Source of the DNA: an uncultured bacterium
GTDB taxonomy: Bacteria; Acidobacteriota; Thermoanaerobaculia; Multivoradales; JAHZIX01
DNA: 64,000 nucleotides
Direction of reading: 5' to 3'
Assembly (NCBI GenBank): GCA_965368975.1
Contig: CBDUPA010000001.1
Span: 32,001-96,000, forward strand
Positions 52,001 to 60,500 of the stretch are shown here, piece by piece (position 1 is the first letter of the stretch; every line of letters starts with the position of its first letter). The translations under genes were made by a program, and so were the position numbers. Below the pieces are notes generated by a model that saw only the letters and a program-made list of their open reading frames with translations, did not search any database and had not been told where the DNA came from.

Positions 52001-55000
52001 GGAGCCAGGCTTCGAAGGCCGTGAGCACCACCAGGAAGGGGGTCGCGCTGTGCCGGCGAGCCAAGTCGCGCAGGCCGCTGGCGGTGTCAGGCGGTACTTG
52101 CCGCAGCCAGCGCTCGCCGCGGTCGCTCTGCAGCGCGGGCCGTGGTCGATCGGAGGGGAGTTCGAGGGGAGGTGGCAGCTCCTGCTGCCTCGCTGTCTCT
52201 CTCTCGCCGTGACCGGGTAGCAGCGGTCGTAGATGCTGGACGGCAGCGGCTGCCATGTTGCGCGCGTCGGCGCTGCTCAGCCAGGCGCGCTGGCGCAGTA
52301 CCCAGGCAGCGTGGTCGCCGGGCACTGGTGGCAAGCGGCGGTCGGCGTAGAGGGCAGCCAGCTCCTGCAACAGCAGGGCGACCGAGCCGAAGTCGGCGAC
52401 CAGATGGTGGACGGTGAGGAGCAGGACGTCGCCGATCTGGGCTTCGTGGTCCTCCACTTTGGCCGGCATGGCAACGCCGCTCCACAGGTGTAGGCGGATC
52501 AGGGGGCCGCGTTCGAGGTCGAAAGGTCGGTGTGCCTGGTCGGTCATCTCTGCGCGCAGGGCTGGCAGCGAGCGGCCGGCGGCTTCTTGCACATCGACGG
52601 CTGGCGGTCGCGAGTCGCTGGCGGCGCGCCGCTGGCGCGGTGGACCGCCACCTGCGCGGAAGGTCATGCTCAGGCCGGAATGGCGCTGCAACAGCTGCTG
52701 GAAGGCTTGCCGCAGTGCGCCATGTTCGATCTGGCCAGGGATATGGACCGCCACCCATACGTTGTAGGCGGCGCTGCGCGGGTGCAGTTGCTGCAGGAAG
52801 AAGAGTGCTTCCTGGCCGGGGGTCAAGGGCAGGTCGATGGTGCTATCGACAGGGCTCTCGACGGTGCCGACGTCGGGTGCCGCGGTAGGCTCCTCGACAC
52901 GGGAAGCCGCGTCGAAACTCTCGTGCTGCATCGCGTCTTGCTGAGAAGTCTCCTGCTGAGAAGTCTCCTGCCGGTGGGGGGGCTCTTGCAGTTCAGCGCC
53001 CTGTGTCGCTGGCTGCGCCAGGTCGCGCAGACTGGCACCGCTGAGCAGGTCCGAGAGGTCGACGTCGAGGCCGTAGGTCGCCAGGCTCTGTTGGAGTTCG
53101 GCGGCGGCCAGCGAATCCAGCCCGTAGTGCAGCAGAGGGCGGTCAGGCTCGGGTGGTTGCGCCAGGCCCAAGCAGCGGGCCACCTCTTCGCCCAGCCGGT
53201 GCAGGCCGGGTGTGCCGAGTCTGGTGGCGGGCTTGCCGTTCTCGTCGATCCGTGTCTGATCGGCCGTTTCCTGGGGGGACGTTTCGCCGCCCGTTGGCAG
53301 GGCTGTCGCTTCGATCCGTGACGGGCCGTACCAGGCCGCGACGACTGGCAACTGGCCGTCGAGCCAGCCGAGCCGGCAGGCTCGACGCTGAACCTTGCCG
53401 CTGGAAGTGCGGGGCACGCCGCCGTGGCGCACCAGGAGGATGGCCCAGGCGGTCACCTGGTGTTCGGCTGCCAGCGCCTGGCTGATCGCCGCCCGGATCG
53501 GTGCCAGTCGTCGCTCGGGCGGCTCGCCGCTACTGGAGCCGGACCTGGCCTCGCCGCTGACGGCACCGATCTCGCGCAGGGCAGCCGCTTCGAGTTCCAG
53601 CACCAAGACCAGGCGTTCGCCGTCGCCATCGTCGAAACCGAAGGCCGCTGCGGCGCTGGGTCGTAGGGCGAAGTGACTCTCTTCAGCACTGCGCTCGAGA
53701 TCTTGCGGATGGTGGTTGCGGCCGCGCAGGATGATCAGATCCTTGAGACGGCTGGTGAGGAAGAGTTCGCCGCCGTGCAGGAAACCGAGGTCACCGGTGC
53801 GCAGGAAGCCCTGTGCTTCCTGAGCCGAGGATACGTCCGTAGTGCCCTTGCTCGTAGCGTCCTTGCTCGTAGTGCCCTTGCCCGAGGAGTTGTCTACCAA
53901 GCGGGCTTCGAAGATGCGCTGCGTCGCCTCGGGCTGGCCATGGTAGCCGGCGGTCACCGACGGACCGGCGAGCCAAACCTCGCCGACCTGACCTGGCGGG
54001 CATGCCTCCTTGGTTTGCGGATCGACAATTCGCACGCTGACGCCGGGGGCTGGTGTACCGCAGCTGACGAGGGTCTTGGTGAGTGCTGGTGGCGTGTGCG
54101 CGACAGTCGTCTCGACGGCCTGGTGATGTTCCAGAGCAGCTCGCTGGAACTGACGTACGACGGGGGGTTGGTCGGCCGGGCTACTACTGACGAGGAGCGT
54201 GGCTTCGGCCAGGCCGTAGCAGGGCAAGAAGGCGCTCTGGGCAAAACCACAGCGGCCAAAGCGGCGACCGAAGGCGGTGAGGCTGCCGGCCCGGACGGGC
54301 TCGGCGCCGTTGAAGGCGACGCGCCAGCTGCTGAGGTCGAGGCCTTCGAGGTCGGCGTCGGGGATGCGCCTCCGGCACAGGTCGTAGGCGAAGTCGGGGC
54401 CACCACTGGTGGTGCCGCCGAAGTGATGGATGGCACGCAGCCAACGCACCGGCCGGCGCAGGAAGGCCACCGGTGCCATCAGCACGCAGCGACCGCCGGC
54501 GTACAGGGGTTGCAACATGCCGCCAATCAAGCCCATGTCGTGGTAGAGCGGCAGCCAGCTGACGACCACGGTGTCAGCGTCGTGGCCGAAGGCTCGGTAG
54601 ATCATGGCCTGGTTGGCCAGCACGTGGCGGTGCGCGACCCGCACGCCGCGCGGCTGGGCAGTCGAGCCGGACGTGTACTGGAGGAAAGCGAGGTCGTCGG
54701 CGTCCGGGGTGTGGGGATGCCAGGATTCGGCAGCGGCGTCGTCGATCTGGTCGGTGGCCAGCCACTGCACGTCGGCCGGGGCTTCGATCGCCTTCTGTAG
54801 GCGCCGGGCGAGGCCCTCGGTGGTCAGTATGCAACGGGCGCCGGAGTCGCGCAGCAGGGTCTCGGTCCGTCCGGCTTCGCGCCGCTGGGGCGGGTAGGCG
54901 GGAACCGCGACGACACCGGCGTACAGGCAGCCGAAGAACGCGTTGACGAAGTCGGGGCCGGCGGGATAGAGGAGCAGGGCCCGCTGACCGCTCAGGCCGC

Positions 55001-55232
55001 GCGCCTGCAACTCGGCGGCGATGGCGCGCGCCGTGCCATCGAGGTCGCCGTAGCTGGAGCTCTCCGGCAGCTCGCTGTCGGCGGCCGCCTTGTCAGGGAT
55101 CTCACCATCGGCGAGAAAGGCATACAGAGGCCGCTCCGGGTGGCGCTGAGCCCGTTCACGGGTCAGAGTCACCAGGTCTCTGGCATCCGGCGGGAGCGCC
55201 GGGAAGTCTCTGGCGCCGTCGCGGGTGGTCAT
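46029..55232 (-). CDS. Lipopeptide-initiating NRPS: FAAL-ACP-C-A(Ser)-T-C*(His-less)-A(Gly-like), ending in a docking-like helix without a T domain
   Basis: FAAL motifs FLQYTSGST, WLPLYHDMGLIG, CYGLAEATL, GRNHHPQDLE; ACP GLDSL; C HHLVADFGS; A code DVWHVSLIDK; T GGDSI; second C SFFDAVLDGWS; A code DIVQLGLVWK. Codes were read by eye. Confidence 0.92.
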   Translation of the reverse strand: MTTRDGARDFPALPPDARDLVTLTRERAQRHPERPLYAFLADGEIPDKAAADSELPESSSYGDLDGTARAIAAELQARGLSGQRALLLYPAGPDFVNAFFGCLYAGVVAVPAYPPQRREAGRTETLLRDSGARCILTTEGLARRLQKAIEAPADVQWLATDQIDDAAAESWHPHTPDADDLAFLQYTSGSTAQPRGVRVAHRHVLANQAMIYRAFGHDADTVVVSWLPLYHDMGLIGGMLQPLYAGGRCVLMAPVAFLRRPVRWLRAIHHFGGTTSGGPDFAYDLCRRRIPDADLEGLDLSSWRVAFNGAEPVRAGSLTAFGRRFGRCGFAQSAFLPCYGLAEATLLVSSSPADQPPVVRQFQRAALEHHQAVETTVAHTPPALTKTLVSCGTPAPGVSVRIVDPQTKEACPPGQVGEVWLAGPSVTAGYHGQPEATQRIFEARLVDNSSGKGTTSKDATSKGTTDVSSAQEAQGFLRTGDLGFLHGGELFLTSRLKDLIILRGRNHHPQDLERSAEESHFALRPSAAAAFGFDDGDGERLVLVLELEAAALREIGAVSGEARSGSSSGEPPERRLAPIRAAISQALAAEHQVTAWAILLVRHGGVPRTSSGKVQRRACRLGWLDGQLPVVAAWYGPSRIEATALPTGGETSPQETADQTRIDENGKPATRLGTPGLHRLGEEVARCLGLAQPPEPDRPLLHYGLDSLAAAELQQSLATYGLDVDLSDLLSGASLRDLAQPATQGAELQEPPHRQETSQQETSQQDAMQHESFDAASRVEEPTAAPDVGTVESPVDSTIDLPLTPGQEALFFLQQLHPRSAAYNVWVAVHIPGQIEHGALRQAFQQLLQRHSGLSMTFRAGGGPPRQRRAASDSRPPAVDVQEAAGRSLPALRAEMTDQAHRPFDLERGPLIRLHLWSGVAMPAKVEDHEAQIGDVLLLTVHHLVADFGSVALLLQELAALYADRRLPPVPGDHAAWVLRQRAWLSSADARNMAAAAVQHLRPLLPGHGERETARQQELPPPLELPSDRPRPALQSDRGERWLRQVPPDTASGLRDLARRHSATPFLVVLTAFEAWLRRTVGLSSSSTVASNTVSNSEQALLGTLYHGRDSVEDAQRVGYLVNPLVLRAALHGISGSDPFALRLARLRGELAATLRHRRYPFHQLVEQLQPRRDPSRSPLFQILVSWQHAPAGSPAGTSAFALADERVELPLAAWTARPLRLRTQTAQFDLALFLADGPGGSLLLDWQGCTDLFDTTTVLRWAGQFESWLGQLVALARDLPTHEAPIDCLQLKILLPAERQALLHEFNDTAWAGAAWAARRQLGGLVHEAIRAQAQRSPGALAVRAPGEHNVPTVELTYAQLAAHSRTLAQQLRALGAGPERLVGVCLPRSAARVVALVAVLEAGAAFLPLDPDQPARRFEALLDDAAPVCLLGDAETPALARSTPPLLRLDPEGRAQLEPQTLPGPGEASEADAPPGPVDGRQLAYVLFTSGSTGRPKGAMNSHLALANRLRWMQLAYPIGADDRVLQKTPFTFDVSVWEFFWPLMTGAQLIVAPPGVHRDPRQLARLAARERVTVVHFVPSMLRAFVDEPGVGEARSLRRIVASGEALSPSLARACLERLPSVQLENLYGPTETAIDVTAWNCSGDRQQRGGPSQNLLREVPIGRPIANLRCHVVDRVLRLQPLGIPGELALAGAGLGRGYLGAPARTAATFVPDPSLILDPTGKQGERLYRTGDLVRYRPDGALLFLGRLDHQLKIRGLRVEAGELEAALSEHPRITDAIVGLHYPSEPAHRPTDRAQAPSGAEGRRSPAATAEPNQLRHFKAGAAPRGEALPAFASHDRAPAQLVAWFTYQGEAPDAAELRAFLGERLPAMLLPSLFVPLTTLPRTQSGKVDRGQLQQLGPAAGRQSAGQLTGQPLDAGDGVSPARPPGDTYVLEDERERALAAVWSRVLGLPDIGVEDNFFELGGDSIRTLQVRGSLTERGWTVALEDLYRHQTIRALAPRLRRGDASQNEGHGAPRVLAPDPFCLISDDDRQRLPAGCVDAYPLTATQTGIVFHIQHDPGAPLYRDIFLCRLQGPLHPSQLCQSAQDLVDRHPMLRTSFDLSEYSRPLQLVHARTTVRFHEVDFSSVEDLTAAEITTWLEEQKAQPLTWREPGLVGFYLLRLAQGFAVGLSFFDAVLDGWSTARLCTEWLRRYDRLLAGNPLQLGPPPVVFREFVAREVEAVRNPHLRRWWKQQLTGVQATPLPRWRPQAGPPRVRVLSLPLPPPVHFGALVRRAQVSLKHALLAAHLAALQRLTGQRSVLTGLEANGRPALPRSEETLGMHMNILPLALTPSGSWLGLVRTAFEAERELLPSRHMPLVEIQRLLGETGLVETVFNFTHFHALDELSDLHFLRPLEAEGFDHTSFALRADFRRNPLADTLVLDLVADEARISGAQLRAIGEVYTLAVQSLLANPDADCTHSVLLSPAQSQLLLHEVQGTETAKHGPPDSSAPLLLQLIAAQATAHPEKPALDDGVEHFDYSRLWDESGRLAARLRTAGARPETLVGLCLERSARLVVATLAVLRAGAAYLPLDPQLPPRRLGALVADARPSLVLGEGPQLRRLRPELPAGGDAVPTLLDVDAPLSSAQPREPLLGPPSGDHLAYVLYTSGSTGRPKGVMVCHASVANLAASLLHQPGFDPADSVAAVTPLTFDISVVELLLPLAAGARVHVVDHETAGDGRLLSQRLRAISATVLQATPVTWRLLLDAGWTPPSRLERPGLKLLCGGEALTDDLAERLTRTTTSTTSHAAAKQRSNSASTSAPRLWNLYGPTETTVWSSLQRVRGGQLPVPLGQPLRGTRLYVLDTQRGPAAPLLPLAAEGELYIGGEGLARGYLGRPARTAGSFVPDPFSDHPGGRLYRTGDRVRRRPDSSLEFLGRIDYQLKLHGHRVEPGEIENALEAHAAVRQAVVIVPEGGAHRRLVAYLLTDPDRSLETSELRQFLSKRLPRYMVPSQLVWLDEFPLTSTGKVNRRQLQGRTPPKPGAPDPGRLQALLARLESMSDEEAEALLSGGDGLEMLLQD

Positions 55233-55756
55233 GCTTTCTCTCGGGCTCTCCTGCTCTGTTGCTCTCCTCGGGATCTCGGCTGGCAACGAAAGGACGCTGG
55301 CGGGACCGGATGGAAAGTCAGCGTAGGCTGCACGCCTGACCTTGTCAACCTCAGATCAATCTTCAGTCGCACAAGAAAGGACGGGCAGAGATGAATTGCT
55401 ATCTTGTAACATTCAAATTTGGAAATGTGTCTAACATTGGCGATTGTGCATGGTTTGGCCAAGTTTTTTGTCCCGCTTCGAGAACACATCCACACCTTCA
55501 TAAACAAAGGGCTAGTCATAGAATGCCGCTGGTTGCGGTGGGACGCCGAGGTGTCGAGCTAGCCCGGAGTTCGCGAGAACTCTTCCCTTTCATTCGCCGG
55601 CGAGATCGGGCGCGATCCGCTGAAGCCGGAGACTCAACTGATTCCGAGGGATGGGCAGGAAGGTGGGCCCCCTTGTGGTGGACACTGATCAAATTCGTGC
55701 GTCAAAACAACTGGATCGCCAAAGTCGCCGCAGCTCGCACTCAGCCCGGAGTGTGG

Positions 55757-55831
55757 CGTACTGGAATGCCCCGCACTGGAATGCCCCGTACTGGAATACA
55801 CTGTCTCGGGATACTCCGTATAGGAACGCTT
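55757..55831 (+). repeat. 15-nt tandem repeat (5 units, progressively degenerate) upstream of the stand-alone C gene
   Basis: CGTACTGGAATGCCC / CGCACTGGAATGCCC / CGTACTGGAATACAC / TGTCTCGGGATACTC / CGTATAGGAACGCTT. Confidence 0.8.
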
Positions 55832-55881
55832 CGTCGAGGTCTGCCCCAGGTGGGGCGGACTCTGGTCGTGGGAGGTGGGTC

Positions 55882-57372
55882 ATGGCTGCATTGAGTACAG
55901 GTCAGGGTGTCGCCGGGCAAGCCGGTGCCGACCGCATCGAGGACATTTACGGTCTTTCGCCGTTGCAGCAGGGGATGCTCTTCCATATCCTGTCGGCTCC
56001 GGGGTCGCGGCTGTACCTGGACCAGACCCTGTGCACCCTCGACGGCGCGCTCGATGTCGACGCCTTCCAGCGCGCCTGGCAGACGGTGATCGACCGCCAC
56101 CCCGGCTTGCGGACCGCCTTCATGTGGGAAGGTCTGAGCAAGCCCGTGCAGGTGGTGTACCGTGAAGTGCCACTGCCTATCGAGCAGGCTGATTGGCGGC
56201 ACCTGAGCCCGAAGGCACAGGCGTCGCAGCTGCAGTCGTTCCTGGCCGAGGATCGCCGCCAGGCCTACGACCTGACCCGGCCGCCGCTGACCCGCCTGTA
56301 CCTGATCCGCATGAGCGACGACAGCTACCAGCTGGTCTGGTCGGTGTCGCACCTGGTGGTCGATGCGTGGTGCTCGTCGATCGTGCTGGACGAGGTGGTG
56401 CGTTTGTACGAAGCCTACCGCCAGGGCAGCCTGCCGGTGTTGCCGGCGGTGCACCCGTACCGGGATTACATTGCCTGGCTGCGGCGGCAGGAGCTGGCGC
56501 GCGCCGAGAGTTTCTGGAGCGACTACCTGCACGGCTTCAACGTGCCGACCGGGCTCAGTCTCGAAGATCCCAGTGGCACCTGGCCGGGGACCGCATCGGG
56601 CTTCCGCCAGGAGGATGCCACGTTGCCGGAACTCGATGTCGTGGCTCTGCGTAGCCGTGCCCGCGACCTGCAGGTGACGCTCAACACGCTGGTGCAGGCT
56701 GCCTGGTCGCTGGTGCTGGCGCACCGCACCGACCAGGCGGACGTCGTGTTCGGTACCGCGGTCAGCGGCCGGCCGCCGAGCTTGCCGGGGGTCGAGTCGA
56801 TCGTCGGCTTGTTCATCAACACCTTGCCGCACCGGGTCGGACTGCAGCAGGACGCGACGCTCGGTCCCTGGCTGCAGCAGGTGCAAGCGCGGCAAGTCGA
56901 GATTCGCCAGTACGAGCACACGCCGTTGGCCAAGATCCAGGGTTGGAGCGAGATTCCCGCCGGCTTGCCGCTGTTCGAGAGCTTGGTCGTGTTCCTCAAT
57001 ATCGTCGATCTCGAGCGCCAGGACACAGGCAGTCTCGACCTGCGCAATCTGCGCTACGTCGGCCGCCCACACTATCCGCTGACCCTGCAGGTGACACCGG
57101 GACGGCGCGAGTTGCGGTTGGAGGCGGTCTATGATGTGGCGCGCTTCCGGCAGATGACGGTGCTCGAAGTGCTGGGCCAGCTCAAAGCGGTGCTCGGCGT
57201 GCTCGCGATGCGACCGCATGCGACGACGACGATCAGCGATGTGCTCTCGCTCCTGGCGCGGTCGGATCGGGACCGTCAACTGCAGGAGACGCGGCGGCGG
57301 CGTGATTCCAATACCGGCAAGTTGCGTTTGACCAAGGCCATCAAGGTCAAGCTGCCTCCTTCCCGTTCCTGA
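55882..57372 (+). CDS. Stand-alone condensation domain protein (DCL-like)
   Basis: RBS GGAGGT; IEDIYGLSPLQQGMLFH, RHPGLRTAF, active-site variant WSVSHLVVDAW, VSGRP, VGLFINTLP; basic C-terminal tail. Confidence 0.88.
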   Translation: MAALSTGQGVAGQAGADRIEDIYGLSPLQQGMLFHILSAPGSRLYLDQTLCTLDGALDVDAFQRAWQTVIDRHPGLRTAFMWEGLSKPVQVVYREVPLPIEQADWRHLSPKAQASQLQSFLAEDRRQAYDLTRPPLTRLYLIRMSDDSYQLVWSVSHLVVDAWCSSIVLDEVVRLYEAYRQGSLPVLPAVHPYRDYIAWLRRQELARAESFWSDYLHGFNVPTGLSLEDPSGTWPGTASGFRQEDATLPELDVVALRSRARDLQVTLNTLVQAAWSLVLAHRTDQADVVFGTAVSGRPPSLPGVESIVGLFINTLPHRVGLQQDATLGPWLQQVQARQVEIRQYEHTPLAKIQGWSEIPAGLPLFESLVVFLNIVDLERQDTGSLDLRNLRYVGRPHYPLTLQVTPGRRELRLEAVYDVARFRQMTVLEVLGQLKAVLGVLAMRPHATTTISDVLSLLARSDRDRQLQETRRRRDSNTGKLRLTKAIKVKLPPSRS

Positions 57373-57595
57373 TTGATTCGAAAATGCAGGCCCGTGCTAC
57401 GTGCTTCTGCCGGCGTCCCGCGCCGCGACGGGGGACGTGTGCTGAAGTTGCGGCCGTACCTGGAGAAACGAGGCGAGAGAGGTGATCTGGAGCGATCCAT
57501 CCAACCAAGATCTGAGACGGGAATCGTCGGCCCAGGCTGGCGATCGATCGCTAGAGCAGGGTTGGGATCACCTGGGTGAGGTGGAACGAGAGATA

Positions 57596-60500
57596 ATGGA
57601 CGTCATGGGGCAGGGGAACGAGGTCGAGATCGAAGGCTTCCGGCTGTCCCCGCAGCAGGAGCAGGTCTGGCGACTACAGCGCGGAGGAAGCCTGGCACAC
57701 CAGGCTTGGCTCGGAGTGCGTCTTCTCGGCGACCTTGATCTCGACGTGCTCGAAGCCGCCCTGGTCGAAGTGACCCAGCGGCACGAGAGCTTGCGCTCGA
57801 GCTTCCTCGAGATACCGCACCTGCCGTTTCCGCTGCAAGTGGTGCACGAAGAGGCGCCGCAACGCTGGCGTCTGCTCGACCTGTCGCTGGTCGATCGCTA
57901 CCAGCAGGATCTGGAGGTCGAGGCCCTGCTGGAGCAGGAGACCACCCGTTCCTGGCGACTTGTCTCCCGCCAGCTGATGCGGATCACCCTGGTGCGTCTG
58001 GGTATTGCCGAGCACCTGCTGCTGCTGCACCTGCCGGCCCTGTGTGCGGACTATCACACGCTGGAGACCCTGATGGCCGAGCTGGCGACCTGCTACCAGC
58101 CGCACGAAGAAGTCGCCGCCTACGCACGCCCAATGCCCTACACGCAGTTCGCCGAGTGGCAGAAGCAGCTACTGGAACTCGACGAGGCGTCCGAAGAGCG
58201 TCAGTTCTGGGCGCAGAAGGACCTGGAGGGCTTCGGTTCGCTGCGCCTGCCGTTCGAGCACCGGCGACCGCTCGAGGCTCCCTTCTTGCCGCGCCACCTG
58301 CGCTGGGCGCTGTCGCCCACCACGCTCTACGAGATCGGTGCGTTCCTGGGGGCCGACAGTCACGCAACCGGGGCCTTTGCCTTCAGCACCTGGTTGATCC
58401 TGCTCGGCCGGCTGTGTGACCAGTCACGCGTCGGCGTCGCCTACCGCTCGAACGGACGTGCCTACGAGGATCTCGAGCAGACGCTCGGCTTGTTCGAGAA
58501 GTATCTGCCGGTGCAGGAGCAACTGCACGATGAACGCTCCTTCCTCGACCTGCTGCACCAGGTGCAGGCCACGTTGCAGGAGGTCGAAGACTGGCAGGAG
58601 TACTTCGAGTGGTCGCAGGTGTTCGACCAGGATCTGGCGCCCTTCTGCTTCGAGCTGCGGCATTGGCCGCGCAAGCTGGAGAGTGCCGACATCGAGTTCG
58701 AGGCCGCACGGCTGTATGCCTGCAGCCACCGCTTCAAGCTCAAGCTGAGTTGTGTCGTCAGCCACGATGGGCTCAGCTTCGAGCTGCACTACGACCCGGA
58801 AGTCTACCGTCGGCGCGACATCCAGCGACTGGCTGACGAGTACGAGACCCTGCTGCGCAGCGCCGGCTCCGATCCTGGGCGGCCGCTGCGCCAGCTCGAA
58901 CTGCTCAGTCAGGGGGAGCGCCAGGCACTGCTACGCGAGTTCACCGGCAAGGACGCCGCCGGCTATGCCCGCCGGCCGCTGCACGAGTGGATCCAGGAGA
59001 CCGTGCACCAATACCCCGAGCGCACGGCCGTGGTGTGCGGACACTATGCTGTCAGCTTCCGCGAGCTGGAGCAGCGCGCCAACCGCCTGGCGCACCTGTT
59101 GCAACACCTGGGGGCTGGTCCGGAGGTGCTGGTTGGCATCTCGATGGAGCGCTCGGCCGAGCTTGTGGTCGGTCTACTGGCGATCCTCAAGGCGGGGGCC
59201 GTGTACGTGCCGCTGGACCCGGAGTATCCGCGCCAGCGCCTCGAGTTCATGCTGCAGGACAGTCGAGTGCCGATCCTGCTGACGCAGGAACGGCTCGCCG
59301 TCAGTCTGCCGAGCCGCCGCACGACGCTGGTCCTGGTCGGCACCGATGGCACGGCCCAGGCGCTCGACCGTCGCAGCGAGGATGGCCTGGTGCCAGTGCC
59401 GCCGCCCGACCCGGGTGACGAGCAGGCGCCCGACGTCGATCTACGGGGCGATGCTGGAGCCTACGCGATCTACACCTCGGGCTCGACCGGCCAGCCGAAA
59501 GCAGCGCTGATCAGCCATGGCGCCATCGTCAATCGTCTGCAGTGGATGCAGGAGGCCTTCCACCTGGACGTTGACGACACGGTGATTCAGAAGACACCGT
59601 TCAGCTTCGACGTCTCCGTATGGGAGTTCTTCTGGCCGCTGATGACCGGCGCGCGCTTGGTGCTGGCCCGGCCCGGCGGCCACCGGGATGCTGCCTACCT
59701 GGTGCGGCTGGTACGTCGGCAGGCGGTGTCCGTCGTCCACTTCGTGCCGTCGATGCTGCAGTTCTTCGTCGGTGAAGCGGGCGTCGCCCACTGCGACACG
59801 CTACGGCTGGTCGTGTGCAGTGGTGAGCCCTTGCCGCCGGACCTGGAACAGCGCACCCTGCAGAGCCTGCAGGCCGACCTGTACAACCTCTACGGCCCCA
59901 CCGAGGCGGCGGTCGACGTCACCTCCTGGCGTTGTGTCGGCGAAGACGGCGAGGGCGACTCGGTGCCCATCGGCCGTCCGATCACCAATATCCGTATTCT
60001 GCTGCTGGACGAGGAATTGCAGCCGGTACCGGTGGGCGTGCCGGGCGAGCTGTACATCGCCGGCGCCGGCCTCGGTCGTGGCTATCTGGGCCGGCCGGCC
60101 CTGACCGCCCAGGCTTTCGTGCCCGACCCTTTCAGCACCAGCCTGGGGGACCGCATGTACCGCACGGGCGACCTGGCCCGTGGTCGCTCGGACGGCGCCA
60201 TCGACTTTCTCGGCCGCACCGACGCGCAGGTCAAGATCCGTGGCTTCCGGGTCGAGCCGGGCGAGATCGAGGCCGTGCTGTCGTTGCACGAGGGGCTGCG
60301 CCAGTGCGCCGTGGTGCCGCGCGAAGACCTGCCCGGGGATCTGCGGCTGGTGGCCTACTATGTGCCCTCGGACTCACCCTCCGCCGCGTCGATGCCCGGC
60401 GAAGCAGGCTCGGAGCCGGTGACGCCGCAGAGTCTGCGTGCCTGGCTCAGCCGTCAGGTGCCCGAGTACCTGGTTCCGGCCGCCTTTGTGCCGTTGCCGC

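Noticed and set aside
55757-55831. Possible CRISPR array or iterons
   Set aside because: Units are contiguous 15-mers with no spacers; no cas or rep genes nearby.
55391-55894. 167-aa ORF, and the N-terminal extension (55651-55881) of the stand-alone C gene
   Set aside because: Both run through the AT-rich promoter region or repeat array with atypical composition; a clear RBS and ATG lie at 55871-55884.
57590-57610. Fur box (GATAATG...) suggesting a siderophore cluster
   Set aside because: Only a half-site match, overlapping the start codon; no TonB receptor or other iron-uptake genes in the window.
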